From the IMG/VR virus record IMGVR_UViG_3300023174_000002, positions 35,209 to 99,208 of that record: a stretch of 64,000 nt of DNA; one strand, given 5' to 3'. Positions 57,153 to 64,000 of this stretch are shown piece after piece. Each line of letters starts with the position of its first letter. Position 1 is the first letter of the stretch. The translations under genes were made by a program, and so were the position numbers. Under the pieces are notes generated by a model. The model was not told where the DNA came from, did no database searches, and saw only the letters and a program-made list of their open reading frames with translations. The stretch is from a virus.

Positions 57153-58158
57153 TCAAAACGTCAAACGCATTGGTTTTGCTTGCAAAATCCAAGAATCTCA
57201 AGGCAAAGCCAATCCTAGCCTAAATACTAAAACTACTACTCTTACTTGGCTTAACAAGCAGACTAAACACGTTGCAGTAGAACGACTACACGATATTGCT
57301 AAACACAATATTCAAATTTTGCAACGTCAAATGACTTGGCTTGCTGCTAGCCCGCCACACCTACGTATGTTTCGTATGAGCAGCGACCTGCTGCCAGCAT
57401 ATACTCACGAAGACTGGACTTGGGCCTACTTTGATCAAGACATGGTTAATCTACTTAGTACCGGCTTTGCCAAAGTAGGCGAGCTGGCTCGCAAACACGA
57501 TATTAAGATTAGTTTTCATCCAGGTCAGTTTTGTGTGCTAGCTAGTGAAAATCCTAACGTAGTGGAAAATTCAATTCAAGAGTTCGAGTATCACTGCGAC
57601 ATAATCCGCTACATGGGATATGGCCAACAATTTCAAGACTTTAAATGCAATGTTCACATTGGCGGCAAGCTAGGTCCACAAGGTATCAAAGCTGTGCTGC
57701 CTAAACTCAGCCGCGAAGCACGTAACACTTTGACCATTGAAAATGCAGAGTATACTTGGGGTCTTGATGCTAGTCTTGAACTAGTCAAAGATTGTGCACT
57801 AGTGCTTGACATACATCATCACTGGATTAATACTGGCAAGTACATTGAGCCTACCGACCCTAAGGTAATGCAAGTTATTGATAGCTGGCGCGGCGTTAGA
57901 CCTACACTACACTACAGTGTTAGCCGTGAAGATGTACTAGTAGATCACGATACCACAACCATGCCGTGTCTACATCAACTAAAACAACAGGGGTTTACCA
58001 GTGCCAAGCTTAGAGCTCATAGTGATTATTATTGGAATCAAGCTGTTAACGCTTGGGCCAGCAGCTTTCTGGACAATTTCGACATTATGTGCGAGTCGAA
58101 AGAAAAAAACTTAGCCAGCCATGAGTTTGCAAAATCTGCACTTGATTTTGCAAGCTAA
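57145..58158 (+). CDS. uvsE: UV-damage endonuclease
   Basis: RIGFACK, FRMSSD, SFHPGQF.VLAS, TIEN, VLDIHHHW, RAHSDY, DIMCESKEKN. Confidence 0.92.
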   Translation: MFNQNVKRIGFACKIQESQGKANPSLNTKTTTLTWLNKQTKHVAVERLHDIAKHNIQILQRQMTWLAASPPHLRMFRMSSDLLPAYTHEDWTWAYFDQDMVNLLSTGFAKVGELARKHDIKISFHPGQFCVLASENPNVVENSIQEFEYHCDIIRYMGYGQQFQDFKCNVHIGGKLGPQGIKAVLPKLSREARNTLTIENAEYTWGLDASLELVKDCALVLDIHHHWINTGKYIEPTDPKVMQVIDSWRGVRPTLHYSVSREDVLVDHDTTTMPCLHQLKQQGFTSAKLRAHSDYYWNQAVNAWASSFLDNFDIMCESKEKNLASHEFAKSALDFAS

Positions 58159-58301
58159 ACAGAGTATAATAACTATATAGCCCCTTGATCAAGGGAAAAT
58201 CTGGTCGAACAACAATGCGTTCGCGGCACATCCAGACGCAGCAGCTAAACCCTTAGGCTGCTACCCATATTAAAATGCATTTTAATAGTGTGTTTTAATA
58301 T

Positions 58302-58385
58302 GGGCGAGTGGTGTAATGGTAGCCACGCTGGTCTTAGAAGCCAGTGCCGCAAGGCGTAAGAGTTCGAGTCTCTTCTTGCCCACCA
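58302..58385 (+). tRNA. tRNA-Leu(TAG)
   Basis: Cloverleaf, anticodon arm CTGGT-CTTAGAA-GCCAG, long variable arm, GTTCGA, encoded CCA. Confidence 0.92.
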
Positions 58386-58398
58386 TCAAGGAGCTAAT

Positions 58399-58722
58399 AT
58401 GAGCCGTACTAACAAAGACAAAAACTGGAAACTTAAATTTCCAGAATTAGACTGGGAATTTGATAGTGTAAAAATTACCAGCGAAAATAGCTATAGTGTT
58501 CGTTATATTAAATTGCCGGGTGTAAAAACTAAAAAGAAACGGGAATTGGATACTGATTGGCATTGGCTTAATTCAACGCCTAGTTGGTGGACTCGTCTAA
58601 TGATGAATCGTCCACAACGTCGTGCTGGTCGTGTATGGGAACATAAAGTACTTAAAGAGCTAGACTTGGAAGATTGCGATCCTCCTAGTGTAGGACACAA
58701 ACCTCACATATATTATTATTAA
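58399..58722 (+). CDS. Conserved phage hypothetical protein
   Basis: MSRT.K...STPSWW.R..M.RPQR motif; AAGGAG RBS. Confidence 0.6.
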   Translation: MSRTNKDKNWKLKFPELDWEFDSVKITSENSYSVRYIKLPGVKTKKKRELDTDWHWLNSTPSWWTRLMMNRPQRRAGRVWEHKVLKELDLEDCDPPSVGHKPHIYYY

Positions 58723-58724
58723 AT

Positions 58725-59300
58725 ATGCAACATTTTTACGAACAAATTCCTGGCTGGTCACATGATATTATTGGACAGTACAGGGACGCAGTTGAACGGG
58801 CAACAAACGGAGCACACTTTGTAGAAATCGGCAGCTGGAAGGGCCGTAGTGCTGCTTTTATGGCTGTAGAAATTATTAACAGCAACAAACAAATTACTTT
58901 TGATTGTGTTGATCATTTTCAGGGCAGCGAAGAGCATCTTACTGTTGGAGGCGAAGGCTATGATAAAGACGCAGCCGAAGGCAGGCTACAAGCAGTATTT
59001 ACTCAAAATATGCTACCAGTAGCAGGTCACTATAATCTAGTAGCACAACCTAGTCTTCAAGCAGTACAACAATACGCAGATGGTAGTCTAGATTTTGTGT
59101 TTATTGATGCCGCGCATGATTACGATAATGTAAAAGCAGATGTTTTAGCTTGGTGGCCAAAAGTTAAACCAGGTGGTATTTTAGCTGGACATGATATTAG
59201 GCATCCGCCAATTGATAAAGCTCTTAGAGATGTAGAGCCTGAAATTGGAAGATACGTTAGTAACTTCTGGGATTGTTGGCAAATTACTAAACCAGTTTAA
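58725..59300 (+). CDS. SAM-dependent methyltransferase (Methyltransf_24-like)
   Basis: VEIGSWKGRS, DFVFIDAAHDY, KPGGILAGHD. Confidence 0.88.
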   Translation: MQHFYEQIPGWSHDIIGQYRDAVERATNGAHFVEIGSWKGRSAAFMAVEIINSNKQITFDCVDHFQGSEEHLTVGGEGYDKDAAEGRLQAVFTQNMLPVAGHYNLVAQPSLQAVQQYADGSLDFVFIDAAHDYDNVKADVLAWWPKVKPGGILAGHDIRHPPIDKALRDVEPEIGRYVSNFWDCWQITKPV

Positions 59301-59305
59301 TATAA

Positions 59306-59397
59306 AGAGAGTTGGCTGAGTGGCCGAAGGCAGCGGTTTGCTAAACCGTCGTATGCAGAAATGTGTACCGTGGGTTCGAATCCCACACTCTCTGCCA
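59306..59397 (+). tRNA. tRNA-Ser(GCT)
   Basis: AGAGAGT/ACTCTCT acceptor stem, anticodon GCT, long variable arm, GCCA end. Confidence 0.92.
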
Positions 59398-59403
59398 AAA
59401 ACT

Positions 59404-60078
59404 ATGAAAAAATCATTAGAAATTTTTTGCCTACACTGGGATAATATAGATCCTAGAATGATGACAGCACATAAAGCTGTAATGAAACATTTTGAGATTC
59501 CAGTAACCTACCACGGTATTAATATGGACCATGGTACATGGATGACTAAAATTATGGAAGTAAGTGAGGCGGATGTGGTAGCTTTTATAGAACCAGACTG
59601 TATCCCCATCAATAAAACCAAATTTTTAGAGTGCGTTCACTATGCTATTGGTAATGATACCTTTTGCGGTATTGCACAGGCTAGCAACCACCTAGAACCA
59701 AAAAATCATATTTATGCAGCACCTGGATTTTTTGTAATTACAAAAAGTGTATATAACAGGTTAGATAAACCACAATTTTTATGCACTTTTCGTAGCGATA
59801 CTGGCGAAGAAGTTAGTTGGGCTGCTGAACATAAAGACATTAGCTACAGAGTAATTTTACCTACGCATTATGAAAAACCTTCTAAAGAAGGCATTTGGAA
59901 TCTTGGTCCGTTAGGACAATATGGAATTGGTACTGTATTTGATAATACAGTATATCATCTATATCAAGGTCGTTATAATGATAACGTAGAATTATTTGTT
60001 AAACGTTGTAACGAAGTTATTGCAGGCACTTTTAGTACTGCTGGTTTTAAAAAGTGTATGACACTAACAGGAGAGTAA
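59404..60078 (+). CDS. Putative GT-A fold glycosyltransferase
   Basis: F.E.DCIP DxD-like motif, HIYAAPGF, RSDTGEE, YHLYQ; true start follows the tRNA. Confidence 0.55.
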   Translation: MKKSLEIFCLHWDNIDPRMMTAHKAVMKHFEIPVTYHGINMDHGTWMTKIMEVSEADVVAFIEPDCIPINKTKFLECVHYAIGNDTFCGIAQASNHLEPKNHIYAAPGFFVITKSVYNRLDKPQFLCTFRSDTGEEVSWAAEHKDISYRVILPTHYEKPSKEGIWNLGPLGQYGIGTVFDNTVYHLYQGRYNDNVELFVKRCNEVIAGTFSTAGFKKCMTLTGE

Positions 60079-60079
60079 A

Positions 60080-60346
60080 ATGCCTTGTATGCGTTGCAGT
60101 AATGGTAAATATAAATATGGTGTACATGGCGACTGCCAGTTTGATACACTAGCTAAATGTAAAGCAGCTGCTGCTGCTATTCATATTCATGAGCCCGGCC
60201 CTCACGGACCAACCCCACAAACTGGAACATCTATGCAACAATCTATTCAACCAGTGCAACCCGTACAACCAACAAACCCATATCATGATTCAACCTGTCA
60301 ATGTGCTGGGTGTAAAGGTATGTATCCTAAATATCCAGCGAAATAA
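60080..60346 (+). CDS. Cys-rich hypothetical protein
   Basis: MPC.RC.NGKYKYG..G.C motif; Gln/Pro linker; CxCxxC. Confidence 0.55.
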   Translation: MPCMRCSNGKYKYGVHGDCQFDTLAKCKAAAAAIHIHEPGPHGPTPQTGTSMQQSIQPVQPVQPTNPYHDSTCQCAGCKGMYPKYPAK

Positions 60347-60351
60347 TAATC

Positions 60352-60666
60352 ATGGATTTATATACACAAAACCTCAAAGAGTACATTAACGCACTAGATA
60401 GATTTATTGAAAAAGAATCAAAACTAAAGCGTGGAGATAGTGTAAGCTGGAACAGCAGTGGTGGTACAGCCCGCGGAAAAATTACAAAAGTAATTACTAA
60501 TGGTAGTGAACAAGTACCTAATAGTAGTTTTAAAATTACAGGTACTCCAGAAGACCCTGGCGCACTTATTAGGGTATACGCTAAAGACGGTGACGGATAT
60601 AAACCAACAGATACCATTGTAGGCCACAAACTAAAAACCTTAACCAAAATACCCAATTTAGATTAA
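60352..60666 (+). CDS. DUF2945 (Tudor-like) protein
   Basis: GDSVSWNSSGG.ARGKI...GT.EDP..LI...VGHK..TL. Confidence 0.7.
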   Translation: MDLYTQNLKEYINALDRFIEKESKLKRGDSVSWNSSGGTARGKITKVITNGSEQVPNSSFKITGTPEDPGALIRVYAKDGDGYKPTDTIVGHKLKTLTKIPNLD

Positions 60667-60677
60667 CAGGAGATATA

Positions 60678-60884
60678 ATGAAAAACCCTTTAGCACCTCA
60701 AAATGCACAACCTATGGGCACACCTTTTGAAGAAGGTCAAGCCGATCAAATTGACCCTAAAACAGGGCGAGATCCCAGCGACATTACTCCGGGCGGTGCA
60801 GAAACCATGCAAGTTAATATTGTTAATCGTAGCGAGCATATTACACACGACGGCGACATGGGTCGTTTAGGCCAGAGCGAATAA
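60678..60884 (+). CDS. Hypothetical protein
   Basis: AGGAG RBS, 68 aa. Confidence 0.5.
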   Translation: MKNPLAPQNAQPMGTPFEEGQADQIDPKTGRDPSDITPGGAETMQVNIVNRSEHITHDGDMGRLGQSE

Positions 60885-60924
60885 GCCTTAAATTATTTGC
60901 AACACACAACACACAAGGAATATT

Positions 60925-61152
60925 ATGAATCCATTTGAATTGCGTACAAAATTACTGGAGATGGCTACAGATCATCTCAAACGTCAGCACGAAATTAACT
61001 GCGACTTTGCTAAAGAAAGTTTTAGCCAAATGATTAAAACTGGTCAAGCTATTCAACAAGACTACCAAAAATACATGCCTAAAATGTACACATTTGACGA
61101 TGTAGTTAGCGAAGCACAAAAGCTATACGGATTTGTCAATAATGCTAAGTGA
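60925..61152 (+). CDS. Conserved phage hypothetical protein
   Basis: NPFELR..LLEMA...A..LY.FV motif. Confidence 0.65.
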   Translation: MNPFELRTKLLEMATDHLKRQHEINCDFAKESFSQMIKTGQAIQQDYQKYMPKMYTFDDVVSEAQKLYGFVNNAK

Positions 61153-61303
61153 ATTATGGCGTAACCTACAACAACTGTTTAGGCCTTATAGCTTAGAAGA
61201 TTACGTTAGGGATTGTGACCCTAAGGACATTATGGAACTAGAGTCTCGTATGCGTAATTGGGAACGTTACCAGCGAGGCATGGATTTTCGTAACAGCTAT
61301 TGA
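61142..61303 (+). CDS. DUF3563-like small protein
   Basis: Not in the ORF track. MLSELWRNLQQLF...EDYV...DIMELESRMRNWE. Confidence 0.5.
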   Translation: MLSELWRNLQQLFRPYSLEDYVRDCDPKDIMELESRMRNWERYQRGMDFRNSY

Positions 61304-61312
61304 GATAATATA

Positions 61313-61447
61313 ATGAACAAATACGAATGTGAAGTTTGTGGCAATGTACATGATGAAGCAGTAGACGGCTTGTGGGATGAGCTTCCACAGTTCTATCTAT
61401 GCCCTGAATGTGGTTGTCACAAAGACGAGTACTTTTTAGTAGAGTGA
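61313..61447 (+). CDS. Rubredoxin
   Basis: Not in the ORF track. YECEVCG.VHD...WDELP...CPECG..K..Y, 44 aa. Confidence 0.85.
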   Translation: MNKYECEVCGNVHDEAVDGLWDELPQFYLCPECGCHKDEYFLVE

Positions 61448-61572
61448 TATGAAACGGCAAGTCTATGGCTTGCCGTTTTATTTTAGGCTTTTACGTCACA
61501 GTTTGCTGTATTACAACAAATAATGTACCAGTACTCAAGTACGTATATATTTTTGCAACAAAAATTACTATA

Positions 61573-61601
61573 TTGACTTTTAGTGCTTGGTAATGTATAA
61601 T
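61573..61601 (+). promoter_or_regulatory. sigma70 promoter for tRNA-Leu
   Basis: TTGACT-17bp-TATAAT. Confidence 0.8.
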
Positions 61602-61619
61602 ATTTTTAATAAACAAATT

Positions 61620-61704
61620 GCCCAAGTGGTGAAACGGTAGACACAGGAGACTTAAAATCTCCCGACAAATAGTCGTGCCGGTTCGAATCCGGCCTTGGGT
61701 ACCA
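61620..61704 (+). tRNA. tRNA-Leu(TAA)
   Basis: Anticodon arm GGAGA-CTTAAAA-TCTCC, variable arm, GTTCGAATCC, ACCA end. Confidence 0.93.
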
Positions 61705-61721
61705 ATAATTTTAATTTACTT

Positions 61722-62426
61722 ATGAATTTACATATTGCTACACCAATGTATGGTGGACAGTGTTTTGGTAGCTATACTGACTCTATTTTAAAACTGCTTT
61801 TAGAATGTCAAAAATTAGGTGTTGAACTTAGCTGGGAGTTTATGTATAATGAATCCCTAATTCCACGAGCCAGAGATAATTGTGTGCACAGTTTTTTAAA
61901 AAGTGATGCAACACACCTAATGTTTATTGATGCAGACATTAAGTTTGAACCACAACACGTGGTTAAAATGCTTTTAGCAGATAAAGATGTGTTATGTGGC
62001 GTTTATCCTAAAAAAGCCATCAATTGGGCTAAAGTAAAATTTGCTATTGAGAGTGGACTAACAGAACAACGTCAACTTGAGCGCAATAGTGTTGATTGGG
62101 TTGCTACCACGGAAACTGAGGGCGAACTTCATGACAAAATGAATGCTGCTACTCCAGAAGAAATTATCTATGGTGGTACTGGTTTTATGATGATTAAACG
62201 TGAAGTTTTTGAAAAGCTAAAACCAGAAGTTATTACCTATAAAAACAATACAATTCACTTAGATGAAAAAACACACGGATTTTTTCAATTGTGTGTAGAT
62301 CCTGATACTAACGTACTGCTTAGCGAAGATTATTTCTTTTGCAATAAATGGCGAGCAATTGGCGGTAAAGTGCATTTAGCACCTTGGGCTATCCTGCAAC
62401 ATACAGGCACATATAGTTTTGGATAA
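61722..62426 (+). CDS. GT-A fold (GT2-like) glycosyltransferase
   Basis: IATPMYGG, ESLIPRARD, FIDADI (DxD), GTGFMMIKR, LSEDYFFC. Confidence 0.75.
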   Translation: MNLHIATPMYGGQCFGSYTDSILKLLLECQKLGVELSWEFMYNESLIPRARDNCVHSFLKSDATHLMFIDADIKFEPQHVVKMLLADKDVLCGVYPKKAINWAKVKFAIESGLTEQRQLERNSVDWVATTETEGELHDKMNAATPEEIIYGGTGFMMIKREVFEKLKPEVITYKNNTIHLDEKTHGFFQLCVDPDTNVLLSEDYFFCNKWRAIGGKVHLAPWAILQHTGTYSFG

Positions 62427-62605
62427 CTAAACTGATTTAAGCACATATATTTATGTGCTTAAATTTTATACTATATAAACTAAATCGGGTTATATAGTAT
62501 AAAATTTAAGCGCACTATTGCAGTGAGCTAACCGGCAGGTAATACTTGCCAGTATTACTTGCTATATATAAACCCTAACAATAACTAAAATAAAAGGGGA
62601 ATATT

Positions 62606-63367
62606 ATGGCAGAAGTTTTAAGTCCAGGTGGCATGATGATGGCCGGCGGTGATGGCGGTCTTGGTTTTGGTAGTGGTGGTGGATTGATTGGCGGCCTTAT
62701 CTTAGGCAGCCTATTACGTCAGGGCCGCGGTGGTCTTTTTGGTGGTGATGGTGATGTTGCCGTTGCTCCACAAAGCGCACAAGCTACAGCCAATATGCAG
62801 TTAATGCAGTCGATTGGTCAAGTTGACAAGGCAGTTGCTGTTGGTACAGCTGCTATGGAAGCCAGTCAAGCCACGCAAACAATTGGTCTTACCAATCAGT
62901 TTAATTCGACAACCGGTTCTTTAGCTACTCGTGTTGAAGGCGTTAAAGATACAGTTAATAGTAATGCAGTTGCAATTATGCAACAGCTCAACGGTGTTCA
63001 GTCTAGCGTTGATAAAAATGCTTGGAATTTGAATCAGCAGATTACAGCAGACGGCGATAAAACTCGTGCGTTGATCACACAGCAGTACGAAGCCACACTG
63101 AATCGTCAGCTTGGCGAAGCCAATGCTGCGCTGATTGAGTTGCGTAACCGTGAGTATGTTAGCGAGCGTACACGCGGTGTTGAGGTTAATACAACCAACA
63201 ACATCAACCAAATGCAACAGCAACAGCAAACTCAAAATGAATTTGCACGACTCTATGGCGCAATGTGGAATCTTGGTCAGAGCATTCGTGACACAAATTC
63301 GGCAATCAATGTTGGTTCGGGCACACAAACAGCCACCAACACGCCTACCAATACAAACATTCGGTAA
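62606..63367 (+). CDS. Gly-rich membrane-anchored coiled-coil protein
   Basis: GGGLIGGLILGSLL hydrophobic Gly motif, Gln/Asn-rich coiled coil. Confidence 0.55.
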   Translation: MAEVLSPGGMMMAGGDGGLGFGSGGGLIGGLILGSLLRQGRGGLFGGDGDVAVAPQSAQATANMQLMQSIGQVDKAVAVGTAAMEASQATQTIGLTNQFNSTTGSLATRVEGVKDTVNSNAVAIMQQLNGVQSSVDKNAWNLNQQITADGDKTRALITQQYEATLNRQLGEANAALIELRNREYVSERTRGVEVNTTNNINQMQQQQQTQNEFARLYGAMWNLGQSIRDTNSAINVGSGTQTATNTPTNTNIR

Positions 63368-63384
63368 TCCTGAACTAGGTATAC

Positions 63385-63419
63385 AGCCCTCATAGCCACA
63401 AGCTGTGAGGGCTTTTTTA
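63385..63419 (+). terminator. Intrinsic terminator
   Basis: AGCCCTCATAGC..GCTGTGAGGGCT hairpin followed by a T-tract. Confidence 0.75.
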
Positions 63420-63432
63420 TAGGGATTACAAA

Positions 63433-63927
63433 ATGGATCAAAGACAACGACAAGGAATGCCTTTTGGTTTTCCTATGATTCCCTACATACCGCCAGCACC
63501 TCCAACTATTCCGGCATGGTGTCCACCACCAATGATATTTGATGATGATATAAACATCAGATATACTCCGCCAGGACCTCCTGGACCGCCCGGACCCGAA
63601 GGCCCGCCAGGCCCGCCTGGACCACAGGGTCCCCCTGGTTCACTGGCAAACCTGCCTGTTACACTAGTAGACTCCGCAACTTATAGTGCTACTAATGATG
63701 ACTATTTTATTGGAGTGATTTTTGATGGTAGCACTACAATTACCTTACCCGCTGGTACTCTTGGTAAAATATTTATTATCAAGGATAGCGCGGGCGATGC
63801 ACTGGCCAATCCGATTACGGTGGTTGCGACCGCTAGTACCATTGATGGTCAGGCAAGCTACGTAATTAATACACCTTGGGGCTCCATTGGCCTTATATAC
63901 AATGGAATTGAATGGAACGTAACTTAA
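63433..63927 (+). CDS. Collagen-like protein
   Basis: GPPGPPGPEGPPGPPGPQGPPG triple-helix repeats and a C-terminal beta domain (TITLP..G....IKD..G). Confidence 0.75.
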   Translation: MDQRQRQGMPFGFPMIPYIPPAPPTIPAWCPPPMIFDDDINIRYTPPGPPGPPGPEGPPGPPGPQGPPGSLANLPVTLVDSATYSATNDDYFIGVIFDGSTTITLPAGTLGKIFIIKDSAGDALANPITVVATASTIDGQASYVINTPWGSIGLIYNGIEWNVT

Positions 63928-63952
63928 TAGCCTGATAAAAAGGAATAATAAA

Positions 63953-64000
63953 ATGGCTTTTAATTCTCCCTTAGCTTCACCCACCAGTTATGGTGTGGTT
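63953..64000 (+). CDS. Partial ORF (MAFNSPLASPTSYGVV...)
   Basis: AAGGA RBS; open to the window end. Confidence 0.45.
   Translation, partial: MAFNSPLASPTSYGVV

Noticed and set aside
59320-59403. 5' extensions of ORFs 59320 and 61695
   Set aside because: They overlap clear tRNA genes; starts moved to 59404 and 61722
1-64000. Stop-codon reassignment, DGR, integrase or transposon
   Set aside because: Core genes are intact in the standard code, and I found no reverse transcriptase, recombinase or transposase motifs

Overview
A 64-kb piece of an AT-rich, T5-like (Demerecviridae-related) lytic siphophage genome. Its sigma70-type promoters and a DUF3563-like gene suggest a proteobacterial, possibly freshwater Burkholderiales, host (inference). 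1-39.0 kb (minus strand) is the late module: tail fibres, a lambda-type tail tip (gpM, DUF1833/gpL, fused gpK-I-J), a 1860-aa tape measure, G/GT chaperones with a GGGAAAC -1 frameshift, T5-type tube/terminator/completion proteins, a fused protease-major capsid protein, portal, HNH nickase, Dps and both terminase subunits. At its head sits a PlcP-like phospholipase C plus Agt-like GT4 pair, the bacterial phosphate-starvation lipid-remodelling module. 39.4-45.2 kb looks like a T5-style pre-early/first-step-transfer region: A2 paralogues, two SprT proteases, a HAD phosphatase and a DEDDh exonuclease, separated by a repeated palindromic cassette carrying about 10 antisense consensus promoters. It is followed by an SSB-tail-like peptide, a ~640-nt ORF-poor, highly base-paired transcription unit (candidate large ncRNA), and D3/D2-like genes. 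48-64 kb is an early/accessory region: many small ORFs, ThyX, SleB-type hydrolase, DUF5664, Hsp20, UvsE, methyltransferases, glycosyltransferases, rubredoxin, three tRNAs and a collagen-like gene. All family calls come from recognising motifs by eye; no database search was run.
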